Shown: in pieces, positions 1 through 10,723 of the stretch
Numbering within the stretch: position 1 is the first letter of the stretch
How the letters are laid out: each line of letters opens with the position of its first letter
DNA from: Alphaproteobacteria bacterium
GTDB lineage: Bacteria > Pseudomonadota > Alphaproteobacteria > MPNO01 > UBA830
Length of the DNA stretch: 64,000 nt
NCBI GenBank assembly: GCA_964291215.2
Contig: OZ219791.1
Span: 960,001-1,024,000 of the forward strand
Direction: 5' to 3'
Notes under the pieces: generated by a model
Told to the model about the DNA's origin: nothing
What the model saw: only the letters and a program-made list of their open reading frames with translations
The model's database searches: none
Position numbers and translations under genes: made by a program

Positions 1-324
1 AAGTCGCGTCCGACATACGCGAAGGCTTCAGTCCAGACAGCGCATGATTGCGGAGTGATCTTCGGGACTGCTCCGGAACCGCCCCGTCCGCCATTTCGAC
101 GACTTGACCGTGTTCAGTTGATCGAACGGGAAGGAAGCATCGAGAACCGGCGGACATCATTCCGCGATTGTCGGACAGATGACAAGCGGAGAGGATCGCG
201 TAAAATGACGCCATGCCGTCGGTGTCCGGCCGCTGTCGGCTTGGCGGCAACACTCGCCCGCACCTGTAGCGTAATCCCCTGGACGTACGGGCTCCTTAGG
301 CTGCCGAACATGTGGGAGTTATAC

Positions 325-1281
325 ATGGCCAAAACCGGAAGCGGTTCTGCCCGGCCTGTCGCGCCCTGCAATGTCGTTGCGGGGCCGTCTTCGCGCTTGC
401 GGCAGGAGTACTCCCTGCGGGCGCAGCGGTCGCATGAGGTTCTGAGGCCTCGGAGGGTAATGCTCCCCATCGTCTTCACGTCGCCGCACAGCGGCAGCGA
501 CTACCCGGAAGATTTTGTCGCCCAGTCGCGGCTCGGGCGGCTGGGCCTCAGGCGCTCCGAGGACGCCTTCGTCGATGAACTGTTTGCCGCTGCGCCCGCC
601 TACGGGGCGCCCCTGCTTCGCGCATTGTTTCCGCGCGCCTATATCGACGTCAATCGCGAACCTTTCGAACTCGACGAAAAGATGTTCGTCGACCGCCTGC
701 CGGCGCATATCAATGTCCGCTCCAAGCGAGTCGCCGCCGGGCTCGGAACCATCGCCAGGGTGATTTCAAGCGGTCAGGAAATCCACGCGCGCAAGCTGAG
801 TTTCGAAGAGGCGCTCGACCGCATCCACCGGCACTATTTTCCCTACCATCGCACCCTGCAGCGCCTCATCGACAACAGGCGGAGCCGGTTCGGCTACTGC
901 ATCGTTGTCGATTGCCATTCGATGCCGTCGGTCGGCGGACTGCGCGATCCGGATCCCGAGCACGGCCGGGCGGATGTCGTTATCGGGGACTGTTTCGGAG
1001 AAGCCTGCGCTCCCTATATCACGGACATGATCGAGGAGACGCTCTCGGGATTCGGGTATGTCGTCCATCGCAACAGGCCCTTCGCAGGCGGCTTCACGAC
1101 CGAGCATTACGGCAATCCGCGCGAGGGTGTTCACGTTGTCCAGATCGAACTGAACCGTGCGCTCTACATGGATGAGTTCAGGATTGCGAGGACTGCCGGC
1201 TTTGCGTGCCTCGAGGCCCGGATGACACGGCTGATCGCCATGCTGGCACAGTTCACCACGCAGGCCATGGCCGCGGAATGA
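325..1281 (+). CDS. N-formylglutamate amidohydrolase (HutG-like)
   Basis: Motifs SPHSG, SEDAFVDELF, RAYIDVNR, DCHSMPS, QIELNRALYM. Start codon uncertain (ORF open from 55). Confidence 0.85.
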   Translation: MAKTGSGSARPVAPCNVVAGPSSRLRQEYSLRAQRSHEVLRPRRVMLPIVFTSPHSGSDYPEDFVAQSRLGRLGLRRSEDAFVDELFAAAPAYGAPLLRALFPRAYIDVNREPFELDEKMFVDRLPAHINVRSKRVAAGLGTIARVISSGQEIHARKLSFEEALDRIHRHYFPYHRTLQRLIDNRRSRFGYCIVVDCHSMPSVGGLRDPDPEHGRADVVIGDCFGEACAPYITDMIEETLSGFGYVVHRNRPFAGGFTTEHYGNPREGVHVVQIELNRALYMDEFRIARTAGFACLEARMTRLIAMLAQFTTQAMAAE

Positions 1282-1829
1282 TCGGCGCGACGAAGGCCGC
1301 GACGGGCATCGCGGTGCGTGACGCAATCGAGGCTGACCTCTCGTGGATTGCGGAAATCTACAAACACTATGTTCTCGATTCGATTTCGACGTTCGATGAA
1401 GAGGTTCCCGACATTGTGGAAACGACGGCGCGTTTCCGGCGACTGACGGAGGCGGGTTTTCCCTGGCTGGTGGCGGAAACGCCCGCCGGGGTGGAGGGTT
1501 ACGCATATGCTACGCCATGGCGCGACCGTTCCGCCTACCGTTATGCGGTCGAGGATTCCATCTATGTGGCGGCCGACAGCGTCCGCCGCGGAATCGGAAC
1601 CGCGCTCCTTGGCGAGCTGATACGGCGCTGCGAGGTGTCCGGAAAACGCCAGATGATCGCCGTCATCGGCGGGTCCACGAACGTCGCCTCGATCGGTCTG
1701 CACGGTCGGCTGGGATTTCGTGTCGCCGGCGTCCTCCCGTCGTTTGGCTACAAGTTCGGGGCCTGGAGCGATACGGTGCTGATGACGCGCCCGCTTGGCG
1801 ATGGGGAAGCATCGCCACCGGAAGGCTGA
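1278..1829 (+). CDS. GNAT N-acetyltransferase, phosphinothricin acetyltransferase (YncA/Pat) family
   Basis: GYAYA..WRDRSAYRYAVEDSIYV, RRGIGTALL, N.ASIGLH, GYKFGAW.D. ATGA overlap with the upstream stop. Confidence 0.85.
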   Translation: MIGATKAATGIAVRDAIEADLSWIAEIYKHYVLDSISTFDEEVPDIVETTARFRRLTEAGFPWLVAETPAGVEGYAYATPWRDRSAYRYAVEDSIYVAADSVRRGIGTALLGELIRRCEVSGKRQMIAVIGGSTNVASIGLHGRLGFRVAGVLPSFGYKFGAWSDTVLMTRPLGDGEASPPEG

Positions 1830-2044
1830 CGGAAGCTTGGTTCTGGAATGGCCGGCCCGTCGCGGCCGCCACGCGGCGAACGCCGGATTCGACGGTGGAC
1901 AGCAGTTTTCTGAGGCGCATCTCGTGCCTGTGCCGCTGGCTCCGGCAGAGGTGGCGCGGCGGCCCTGCCGGGCCGTTTAGCCTTTGTCGAGCCTGTCTCC
2001 TATAATCGGCCAATGTTCAGAGTCCTTCCCCCTAATCTGGCAAC

Positions 2045-3445
2045 TTGACCCGCCTCGTCGTCATATCCAATCGCGTCGCTCCGGTCGATGAAGGCCAGAT
2101 GAACGTCGGCGGCCTCGCGGTCGCGGTCCAGGCCGCGCTCGAGAAGACCGGCGGCATATGGTTCGGCTGGAGCGGAGAAAAGACGCGCAGGCGCCAGCAC
2201 AGCCCCAACCTCACTGAGCGCGACCGGCTGACGTTCGCGACCGTGGACTTCACCGAGCGCGATCTCAGGGAGTATTACCAAGGGTTCTCGAACGGCGCGC
2301 TGTGGCCGCTGCTTCACTACCGGCTCGATCTGGCGCAGTTCAACCGCCACGACTATCTTGGCTACATGAGGGTGAACGACTGGCTTGCACGCACGGTGGC
2401 GCGTCTCCTTGAACCCAACGACCTGATCTGGATTCATGATTACCATCTGTTCACGGCCGCGCGGACATTGCGCCGCCTCGGTGTCCGCAACCGGATCGGC
2501 TTCTTCCTGCACACGCCTTTCCCGCCGCGCGAGCTCTTTGTCGCGCTGCCCTGGCACGCTGAACTCCTGGAAGCGCTGAGCGCCTGCGATCTGATCGGTT
2601 TTCAGACCGAAGCCGATCTTGCGGCGTTTCACGACTGCCTCCAGGCCGACGACGGCTTCGAGATGCTGGAGGACGGCACCGTTCGCGCCTTCGGCCGAAC
2701 CGTTCGGGCGGCAACCTTTCCGATCGGGCTCGATGCCGGGAATGTCCGCAAGCTGGCCGTCCGGCACAACCGCTCGCGCACCCAGCGGCGGTTGAAGAAC
2801 ACGCTGGGCGGTCGCCGGATGATCATCAGCGTCGACCGGCTGGATTACAGCAAGGGCCTTGCCGACCGGTTCCGGTCCTATGCCATGCTGCTCGACATCT
2901 ACAAGGAGCTGGACGGCAAGGTCACGCTCATGCAGGTGGCGCCGCCGTCGCGTACGAATGTGCATGGCTACAGCGAGATTCGCACCGAACTCGAAAATCT
3001 TGCCGGCAGCATCAACGGGCGTTTCGCCGACTTCGACTGGACGCCGCTGCGATACCTCAACCGCAGCTTCTCGCGGGATATCCTTTCCTGTTTCTATCGC
3101 GCCGCCGATGTCGGGCTTGTGACGCCGCTGCGCGACGGTATGAACCTCGTGGCCAAGGAATATGTCGCGTCGCAGGATCCGGAGAATCCCGGCGTTCTCG
3201 TGCTTTCCAAATTTGCCGGCGCCGCGACCCAGATGACCGACGCGCTGCTCGTGAATCCGTACGATCACGACGAGGTCGCGAACACCCTCTATCGCGCCTT
3301 GCGCCTGCCGCTCAGCGAGAGGCGCCGGCGCTGGCAGAAACTGATGGACGGGCTGATCGCGAACGACGTGCATCGGTGGCAGCAGGGCTTTGTCGAAGCG
3401 CTGGTCGGAACCGGCGGCCCGGAGTCCGGGAGTTCCGGTTCGTGA
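2045..3445 (+). CDS. otsA: alpha,alpha-trehalose-phosphate synthase
   Basis: [56 protein letters not shown]. Confidence 0.95.
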   Translation: MTRLVVISNRVAPVDEGQMNVGGLAVAVQAALEKTGGIWFGWSGEKTRRRQHSPNLTERDRLTFATVDFTERDLREYYQGFSNGALWPLLHYRLDLAQFNRHDYLGYMRVNDWLARTVARLLEPNDLIWIHDYHLFTAARTLRRLGVRNRIGFFLHTPFPPRELFVALPWHAELLEALSACDLIGFQTEADLAAFHDCLQADDGFEMLEDGTVRAFGRTVRAATFPIGLDAGNVRKLAVRHNRSRTQRRLKNTLGGRRMIISVDRLDYSKGLADRFRSYAMLLDIYKELDGKVTLMQVAPPSRTNVHGYSEIRTELENLAGSINGRFADFDWTPLRYLNRSFSRDILSCFYRAADVGLVTPLRDGMNLVAKEYVASQDPENPGVLVLSKFAGAATQMTDALLVNPYDHDEVANTLYRALRLPLSERRRRWQKLMDGLIANDVHRWQQGFVEALVGTGGPESGSSGS

Positions 3446-3501
3446 GACCTCGGGGACATTGCCGTGCCCTTTCCGATATGCCGGTCTGGCGGTGAATTCG
3501 C

Positions 3502-4440
3502 ATGCTCGTTCTCCAGCAACTGATCAACGGACTGATGCTCGGCGGCCTCTACGTCATGGTCGCGGTCGCCTTCACGCTGATCATCGGCATGCTCAACTTT
3601 CTGAATTTCACCATTCCGGCGCTGTTCATGTTTGCCGCGATGATGATGTGGGCCACCATGACGGGGAACCTCCCCTTCGGCAACGAGTTCGTGTTCTCGG
3701 TCTTCGGAGAGCACCATATCTGGATTGCCGGGGTGATCGTTTCTATCTCCGTCATTTCCGTCGTGTCGCTGATCATCGAACGCTTCACCTACCGATACAT
3801 GAAGGCCAGGTACGGCGACGCCACCGAACATGCGCTGCCGCTTGTCAGCTCGCTCGGTTTCCTGATCATGTTCGAACACTTTGTCATCAGCCGGTGGGGC
3901 TCCGATCCGCTGCAGATCGAGTCTCCGTTCGGCAACGCGACATTCACCATCGGCTCGCTCATCTTCAGCTACCCGCAGGTCATCAGCCTCGCCCTGTCGC
4001 TCGGAATCGTCTCCTTGCTCAGCTACGTCATCCGTTACACCAGACTGGGCCGGGCCCTTCGTTCGATCGCCGAGAGGCCGGACACGGCGACACTGATGGG
4101 CGTCGATGTGCTCAGGATCGTGCCCGTCGTCTATGTCATCACCGGCCTCCTGTGCGCGATCTCGGGAATCCTGTTCACGATCAACTACACCAGCATCGAT
4201 GCGTATGTCGGCGATACCGTCGCCACGATCGCCATCGCTGGCATGGTCCTCGGCGGTCTCGGAAACGTATGGGGTGCGGTCGTGGGCGGGCTGTTCGTCG
4301 GAATTCTCGAAGTGTTCTCGATCTACATCGTCGGTGCCGATTTCGTGAAGGTGCCGATCTGGGGTCTCCTCCTCGTGATCCTCGTGTTCAAGCCGACCGG
4401 GCTGTTCGGGCATACGGCGATCGGCAAGGGGAAATTCTGA
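3502..4440 (+). CDS. branched-chain amino acid ABC transporter permease (LivH-like)
   Basis: QQLINGLMLGGLY, TRLGRALRSIAE, MVLGGLGNVWGAVVGG, KPTGLFG. Confidence 0.9.
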   Translation: MLVLQQLINGLMLGGLYVMVAVAFTLIIGMLNFLNFTIPALFMFAAMMMWATMTGNLPFGNEFVFSVFGEHHIWIAGVIVSISVISVVSLIIERFTYRYMKARYGDATEHALPLVSSLGFLIMFEHFVISRWGSDPLQIESPFGNATFTIGSLIFSYPQVISLALSLGIVSLLSYVIRYTRLGRALRSIAERPDTATLMGVDVLRIVPVVYVITGLLCAISGILFTINYTSIDAYVGDTVATIAIAGMVLGGLGNVWGAVVGGLFVGILEVFSIYIVGADFVKVPIWGLLLVILVFKPTGLFGHTAIGKGKF

Positions 4441-4441
4441 C

Positions 4442-5332
4442 ATGAGCGGTTATGTCGAGGCGCAGCTCATCATCCTCTGCCTGAGCATCATCTATGCCTA
4501 TGCGATTTTCCTGCCGGCCGCGTCCGGGCAGCTGAATCTCGGGGCGGCAGGCTTCATCACGCTTGGCGCCTACAGCAGCGGCTGGTTCAACCTCTCTGAC
4601 GGGCTAGGTCTTCCGATGGCTGTCAGCGTCGTCCTTTCCATGCTGCTCGTCGGCGCCATCGGTTTCGCGATCTCGCTGCCCATCCTGCGGACACGTGGCG
4701 TCTACATGGTGCTTGCGACCTTTGCCTTTGCCGAGGTCGTGTCCGGAATCGCGATCAACATGGAGTTTCTCGGCGCCGCCGCCGGTATGCCGGTCGATGC
4801 GCACGCGCCTGTGGAAGTCGTGGTGGCTGTGGCGATCGCCGTCATCCTGTTCTGCTTCTATTTCATGTCTACCCGGCTCGGCCTCGCGCTCCGTGCCGTG
4901 CACGATGACGAAAACGTGGCCGTGCTGTTCGGCGTCGATGTCCGAACCGCCAGGGTGGTTGCCTTTACGGTCGGGGGCATGCTTGCAGGGCTCGGCGGCG
5001 CCATCTACGGGCACCATTACAACTATGTCGAGGCCCAGACCTTCAACGTGCTGCTGAGCATCTACATCCTCCTCTATGTGCTTCTCGGCGGAACCCAGAC
5101 GGCCTGGGGCCCTTTGGTCGGTGCCATCTTCTTTACCGTCGTTCCGGAACTGTTCCGGAAGTTTGCCGTCGAGATCGGCTCCGACTGGCTTGCCGACAGC
5201 CGCTTCATCTTCTTCGGCATGTTGATCGTCGTGATGATGGTGATCCGCCCCGAAGGCGTCGTCACGAGGACGATGCAAGACCGGTGCGCCGGCTATCTGT
5301 TCGGCCGCCGTCCTCGTACGCTGAAGGAGTAG
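4442..5332 (+). CDS. branched-chain amino acid ABC transporter permease (LivM-like)
   Basis: GQLNLG, LRTRGVY, GLALRAVHDDE, LLGGT..WGPLVGA, RPEGV. Confidence 0.9.
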   Translation: MSGYVEAQLIILCLSIIYAYAIFLPAASGQLNLGAAGFITLGAYSSGWFNLSDGLGLPMAVSVVLSMLLVGAIGFAISLPILRTRGVYMVLATFAFAEVVSGIAINMEFLGAAAGMPVDAHAPVEVVVAVAIAVILFCFYFMSTRLGLALRAVHDDENVAVLFGVDVRTARVVAFTVGGMLAGLGGAIYGHHYNYVEAQTFNVLLSIYILLYVLLGGTQTAWGPLVGAIFFTVVPELFRKFAVEIGSDWLADSRFIFFGMLIVVMMVIRPEGVVTRTMQDRCAGYLFGRRPRTLKE

Positions 5333-5337
5333 GACAC

Positions 5338-6129
5338 GTGAACGGGAGCGTGCTGACCGTGAAGGAGTTGCAGAAGAGCTTCGGCGGGCTCAAAGTCATC
5401 GACGATGTTTCGTTCGAGGTTGCGCAAGGCAGCCGCACTGCTCTGATTGGTCCGAACGGAGCCGGCAAGACGACGATCTTCAATCTCCTGACCGGCGTCT
5501 ATTCGGTCGATGGCGGTACAATCGACCTCGGCGGCGCTGACATTACCGACATCCCGTCGAAGGACCGGGTTATCCACGGGATGTCGCGAAGTTTTCAGAA
5601 CATTCGCCTGATGCCCCATCTCTCGACGGTCGAGAATGTGATGCTCGGCCAGCACGCCCGCGCCCGCTCGCTGTGCGATCTTCTGTACCCCCTCGGGTTG
5701 TTCTCCAGGAACCGGTGGCGCGCCGAGGCGGAGGAGGCGTTGGTCACGGCGGGTCTCGAGATCTATCCCGGGGAAGTCGTTGCCAACCTTCCCTACGGCG
5801 TCCAGAAACGGATCGAGGTCGTACGGGCCATGATCTCGCGGCCGAGGCTGCTGCTCCTCGACGAGCCAGCGGCAGGTCTTAACGAGGTTGAAACCCGGCA
5901 GCTACAGGAACTGCTCGAACGGGTTTCCGAATCCGGGGTCACCATCCTCGTCGTCGAGCACGACATGCACTTTGTGCGCAACCTCTGCGACTATGTCGTG
6001 GTTCTGAATTTCGGGCAGAAGATCTTCGAGGGAACTCCCGACGAGGTTCACCGGTCGCCGGTGGTTCTCGAGGCCTATCTCGGAACTGACGATGTTCCAT
6101 CCGGAGACAGCGATGCCGGCTCTTCTTGA
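5338..6129 (+). CDS. ABC transporter ATP-binding protein (LivG-like)
   Basis: KSFGGL, Walker A GPNGAGKTT, LPYG.QKRIE, LLLDEPAAG, VEHDM, EAYLG. Confidence 0.9.
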   Translation: MNGSVLTVKELQKSFGGLKVIDDVSFEVAQGSRTALIGPNGAGKTTIFNLLTGVYSVDGGTIDLGGADITDIPSKDRVIHGMSRSFQNIRLMPHLSTVENVMLGQHARARSLCDLLYPLGLFSRNRWRAEAEEALVTAGLEIYPGEVVANLPYGVQKRIEVVRAMISRPRLLLLDEPAAGLNEVETRQLQELLERVSESGVTILVVEHDMHFVRNLCDYVVVLNFGQKIFEGTPDEVHRSPVVLEAYLGTDDVPSGDSDAGSS

Positions 6130-6838
6130 AGCCCGTGGCATCGATGTCCGTTATGGCCGCAACAATGCGGTCAGGACCGTCAACATGTCTCTCGATCACG
6201 GCGAGATCGTAACCGTGCTCGGTGCCAACGGCGCCGGCAAGAGTTCGCTCCTAAGGGCGCTGCTCGGGACGGTGCGGGCAGACGGCACGGTGCTCTTCGA
6301 CGGCGTCGACATCTCGGGCTGGTCCGCTCCCCGGCGCGTTCGGGCCGGCCTCGTCATGGTGCCGGAAGGCCGCCAGATCTTCGTCAGCCTGACAGTGCAC
6401 GAGAACCTGCTGATGGGTGCCTACTGCCGCAATGACGAGTTTTCGGCCGAGACGGACGCGATCTACAACCGCTTTCCCAATCTTGCCAAACGCCGCAACA
6501 TGCCGGCATCGGTCCTATCGGGCGGCGAACAGCAGATGCTTGCCATCAGCCGCGCGCTGCTCGCCCGGCCCAAGCTGATGATGCTCGACGAACCATCGCT
6601 TGGCCTGAGCCCGATCCTGGTGCGACAGCTGTTCGATCTGATACGGGATCTCAACCGGGACGGCCTGACCATCCTGCTGGTTGAGCAGAATACGCACATG
6701 GCGCTGGCGACGGCACGGCGGGGCTATGTCCTGGAACTCGGCACGATCGTGCTGGAAGGCAGTTCTCGCAACCTCTCCAGCGATGTCCGCCTTGAGGAGG
6801 CCTATCTCGGCGGACAGCCGGACCGCGCAGGCCCATGA
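6113..6838 (+). CDS. ABC transporter ATP-binding protein (LivF-like)
   Basis: GANGAGKSS, VPEGRQIF, LSGGEQQMLAI, LDEPSLGLSP, LVEQN. Confidence 0.9.
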   Translation: MPALLEARGIDVRYGRNNAVRTVNMSLDHGEIVTVLGANGAGKSSLLRALLGTVRADGTVLFDGVDISGWSAPRRVRAGLVMVPEGRQIFVSLTVHENLLMGAYCRNDEFSAETDAIYNRFPNLAKRRNMPASVLSGGEQQMLAISRALLARPKLMMLDEPSLGLSPILVRQLFDLIRDLNRDGLTILLVEQNTHMALATARRGYVLELGTIVLEGSSRNLSSDVRLEEAYLGGQPDRAGP

Positions 6839-7120
6839 CCGGCAGCGCGCTTGCGTCCCGACGTGCATGTCGCACGCGTTTGTGCGATGCTCTCCGCTCG
6901 CGCCCTCAGCCGGTCGCCGATGCGTGTCCGGGCGGGGAGTTCGTGCCGGTAGCATCCGTAGCCGGCGTACGGCCCGGCTCCAGTTGCCGACAACCGTTGC
7001 GAATCTGTGTGTTCCGCTGACGGCGCGGCATACCGCGTCTGCCGGAGGCCGTGCGAATGCCTTGGAATCGGGCCGGCGCACGGCGAATTTCGATCAACTG
7101 TCAAGGGAGAAGATCAAGAG

Positions 7121-8317
7121 ATGTCGAAAATCGGAAAGACCCTGCTGGCAGTCGGAGCGATCGTCGCCTCGACGGGCGCCGGCACGATGCCCGCATCTGC
7201 CGACCAAGAGATCATCATCGGCCTGAGCTTCGGGAGGACCGGGCTCTATTCTACGATCAACAAGACAACGGAGATTGCAGTCGATATCGCTACCGAGGAA
7301 ATCAACGCGGCCGGCGGCATTGGCGGCAAGAAAGTAAGGGTCGTCAAGTTCGACACCGCCGGCGATCCGAAACAGGCAGTTGTTGCGGTCCGCAAGTTCG
7401 CCCGCGACGACAACGCGCTGGCCGTGATCGGGCCGTTCTCCTCGAGCGAGGCGCGCGTCGCGTTCGCGGCGGGTGAACGCGAGAAGATCGTCCAGATTCC
7501 CAACGCTTCCTCTGCGCCGGGCCTCGCCGACAAGTTCTCCTACGCGTTCCGCCTGACAGAGAGCGAGTACCTCCAGTTCCTCCGCGTCGTGAAGACCCTC
7601 AAGAGCCGAAACGCGCTGAAGAAATCTGTCGCGATCATGTACGGTACGGACGATGTCGTGTCGAAGGCGGTCGGCCTTGCCATCATGAAGCCGATCTTCG
7701 AGAAGGAGGGCGTCAACATCACGGGGCCGCTCGGCTTCCCGTCCAAGGCCTTCGATGTCGCGCCTCAGGTCTCGGAGCTGAAGGGGAAGAAGCTCGACTA
7801 TATCGGTGTGGCCACGATCACGCCCGTCGCGATTCGCGTCCTCAAGGAGATCCGCCGCCAGGGCATCCAGACGCCGCTGATCGGGTCGCAGATCTGGGCC
7901 GATCCCGAGATCATCGAGAAGTTCGGCAGCGACGGCGACGGCTCGGTCTTCATCAGCTATTTCTACTATGACCGGGACGATCAGTCGCGGGCCTTCTCCA
8001 AGAAGTTCGTGGAGGCCGCGGCCAAGCTCGGAATCAAGAAGCCATTTCCGCATCACGTGGACGTCAGCGCTTATGACACGATGTATGTTCTCAAGGCTGC
8101 GATGGAAGCCGCCAAGGTTTCCGGAGACCCGTCGAAACTGGCTGCGGAGCGCACCGCCATCCGTGATACGCTCGGCAAGCTGAGCTACAACGGGCTCATC
8201 GGCAAGATCTGCTTCGAAAGCACCGGCGATGCCCAGCTTCCGGGCTATGTCCTGACGATGCAGGAGCGGAAATGGGAGCTGCTCGAATCGCATCCCGCGC
8301 TCCCCTGCACCAAGTAG
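7121..8317 (+). CDS. ABC transporter substrate-binding protein (LivK/LivJ-like)
   Basis: Signal peptide, EINAAGGIGG, DTAGDPKQAV, IGPFSS. Lies downstream of the Liv-like operon. Confidence 0.85.
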   Translation: MSKIGKTLLAVGAIVASTGAGTMPASADQEIIIGLSFGRTGLYSTINKTTEIAVDIATEEINAAGGIGGKKVRVVKFDTAGDPKQAVVAVRKFARDDNALAVIGPFSSSEARVAFAAGEREKIVQIPNASSAPGLADKFSYAFRLTESEYLQFLRVVKTLKSRNALKKSVAIMYGTDDVVSKAVGLAIMKPIFEKEGVNITGPLGFPSKAFDVAPQVSELKGKKLDYIGVATITPVAIRVLKEIRRQGIQTPLIGSQIWADPEIIEKFGSDGDGSVFISYFYYDRDDQSRAFSKKFVEAAAKLGIKKPFPHHVDVSAYDTMYVLKAAMEAAKVSGDPSKLAAERTAIRDTLGKLSYNGLIGKICFESTGDAQLPGYVLTMQERKWELLESHPALPCTK

Positions 8318-8732
8318 CGCCCGGGTCGCTCTCGCCGGCGCGGCGGGAAGGGCAAATCCGTCGTGAAGGTGCCGGACCGATAGGACGTTCCGCGGAGGCG
8401 ACGGTTCGTTGCCTCCGTGGGTCCGCCCGTGGTGTTCCGAAGCGCGTTTTCCGATCACGAAGCGGGCGTCTGCCGCTTGTCGGCGGCCATCAATCGATCT
8501 CATCGTTTTGCCGACGGATGGGCACGGTCCCCCGGTTTGTCGCTTTCGGGGTTTCTCATGTCCCGTCGGCGAAGTCAGCCTCCGATCGAACTCCGAACTG
8601 CAACATGTGGAGAGGCTTTCCGCCGGATCGGTGCGGCAGGAGGCGGTCTTGTTTGCGTGACGGAGATTCCGGCCGCCGATGACCGTGTACAGCCAGCACG
8701 GACAGGACAGTGGAGAGGCATTTCTGCGCCGG

Positions 8733-9590
8733 TTACGCGGTATGCGTGACCTCCGCCTTCATCGCCAGCGCGCCGGCTCCTGTCATCGCCCAGAGGAGGC
8801 AGCCGTCGTCCCGGGGGGCACCGTGCACCGAAAAATCCGCAATGTCGTAGATCGGCGCCAAGGCCCGGAGGTCCATTGATGTGAGCGTTGCGTCCGGCAT
8901 CTCCCGGCGGAACAGTTCGAGCATCAACGTCATGGTCAACGGGCCGTGCACCAGCAGGCCTGGATGGCCTTCGATGTCGCGCACATAGTCCCGGTCGTAA
9001 TGGATGCGGTGGCTGTTCATGGTCAGCGCCGAGTAGCGAAACAGCAATACGCTCGACGGGTGGACGGTGTGGCTCCAGACCGCTTCGGCGGGGGCCGGCC
9101 GCGGCCGTGGCGGCGGGGCGTCGGGATCGGGCGGCCCGCGATAGACCCGGGTGCGCTCCTCCCGCGTCGTCAGCCGTCCGTCCTCGCCCAACACGTCCTC
9201 GGTCGTGGTTATGAAATGAAGCGGACCCGTCTTTCCGTCCTTGACTGCGATGTCCGATATCGTGATTATCTTGCGCAGTTTCTCGCCGATGCGTATCGGG
9301 TTTTGGAACTGCATCTTCGAGCCTGCCCACATGCGCCTTTCAGCCGCAAACGGCGGTGTGAAATCGCCTTTCTCCGCATGCCCGTCGATCCCGGTGAGCG
9401 CCAGCGGCACCGCCTCGTGGAAACAGAAATAGTGCCAGCCTGGCGGCAACTGATCGCTGTTCCGGAACGGCGGACCCTCCTGATTAAGCGTGGCGGCGAA
9501 ACAGTTGGCGGCCTGCACCGTTGCAAGACCGTCCTCGGTCACCGAGCGGCCGATCCAGCCCCCGAAGTCCTCTGACGCTGTTCCGTTCAT
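8733..9590 (-). CDS. double hot-dog (MaoC/HTD2) hydratase, mesaconyl-C4-CoA/itaconyl-CoA hydratase-like
   Basis: LPPGWH, RRMWAGS, LFRYSALTMNSHRIHYDRDY, GLLVHGPL. Confidence 0.8.
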   Translation of the reverse strand: MNGTASEDFGGWIGRSVTEDGLATVQAANCFAATLNQEGPPFRNSDQLPPGWHYFCFHEAVPLALTGIDGHAEKGDFTPPFAAERRMWAGSKMQFQNPIRIGEKLRKIITISDIAVKDGKTGPLHFITTTEDVLGEDGRLTTREERTRVYRGPPDPDAPPPRPRPAPAEAVWSHTVHPSSVLLFRYSALTMNSHRIHYDRDYVRDIEGHPGLLVHGPLTMTLMLELFRREMPDATLTSMDLRALAPIYDIADFSVHGAPRDDGCLLWAMTGAGALAMKAEVTHTA

Positions 9591-10723
9591 GCGGCAAACT
9601 CCTTCCTGATCGCGTCCGAATGCGCGCCTGCCGCGGGGACCGGGCCCGGCACGCGGATACGGCCGTCGAACCGCGCCGGCGGCGCTACCATGTCGACGGG
9701 GCCGCTCGGGGCGTCGACGCGCACCCGCTCAAGCGCAGGATGACGAGAGAGCCCGCTGACGTCGTTCACCTCGCCGAAGGCGATCCCAGCATCACGCAGG
9801 CGCCGCACCAGCTCGTTGCGATCGGTGTTCGCGAATACCGCATCGATTACGGCATCGAACTCGCCGCGATGCGCGCAGCGCGCTTCGTTGCTGGCGAAGC
9901 GCGGATCGTCGGGCAGGTTAGCGTCCCGGAGCACCTCTGCGCACAGGCGCGCGAATTCGCGCTCGTTCTGAATTGCGATCAGGATCTGTCTGCCGCCGCG
10001 CGTGTCGTAGGCGCCGTAGGGGTGGATCGAGGGATGGTTGAGGCCCACCCGCTCCATGATTCGCCCGCCATGGTCGTAATGCAGTAGCGGAACCGTCATC
10101 CAGTCGGCCATACCCGCGAACAGCGATGTCTGGATCGATATTCCCTCGCCCGTTCGCCCGCGCGCGATCAGGGCTTCGAGCACGCCCGCATATGCGTACA
10201 TGCCACAGGCGACGTCGCAGGCCGACACCCCGACCCGGCCGGGCCCCTCGGGACGGCCTGTGATCGAGCACAGGCCCGATTCGGCCTGGACCAGGAGGTC
10301 GTAGGCCTTCATGTCGGCGTAGCTCCCGGCGTTATCATAGCCCGAGATGTCGACGGTGATCAGGCGTGGATTGCGCCGCCGCAGGTCCTCCGAACCGAAC
10401 CCGGCGCGCGCCGCAGCGCCGGGTGCGAGATTCTGGACGAAGATGTCGGCGCGCTCGAGCATGCGACAGATCAGCGCCTGGTCGCCGGGATCCTTGATGT
10501 CCGCAGCCAGCGACTCCTTGCCGCGGTTGAGCCACACGAAATAAGCGCTCTCGCCGTGGACTACGCTGTCGTAGTGGCGCGCGAAGTCGCCGTCGGCGCG
10601 CTCGACCTTGATAACCCTGGCCCCGGCATCTGCGAGCCGCGACGTGCAGTAGGGTGCGGCGACGGCCTGCTCGATGGAGACGACGAGGACGCCGTCGAGC
10701 GGTTGGAGAATGTCCTCGGCCAT
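9587..10723 (-). CDS. CaiB/BaiF family III CoA-transferase
   Basis: PLDGVLVVSIEQAVAAPYC, GARVIKVER, GDFARHYD, WLNRGKES, KAYDLLVQAESG. Confidence 0.9.
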   Translation of the reverse strand: MAEDILQPLDGVLVVSIEQAVAAPYCTSRLADAGARVIKVERADGDFARHYDSVVHGESAYFVWLNRGKESLAADIKDPGDQALICRMLERADIFVQNLAPGAAARAGFGSEDLRRRNPRLITVDISGYDNAGSYADMKAYDLLVQAESGLCSITGRPEGPGRVGVSACDVACGMYAYAGVLEALIARGRTGEGISIQTSLFAGMADWMTVPLLHYDHGGRIMERVGLNHPSIHPYGAYDTRGGRQILIAIQNEREFARLCAEVLRDANLPDDPRFASNEARCAHRGEFDAVIDAVFANTDRNELVRRLRDAGIAFGEVNDVSGLSRHPALERVRVDAPSGPVDMVAPPARFDGRIRVPGPVPAAGAHSDAIRKEFAA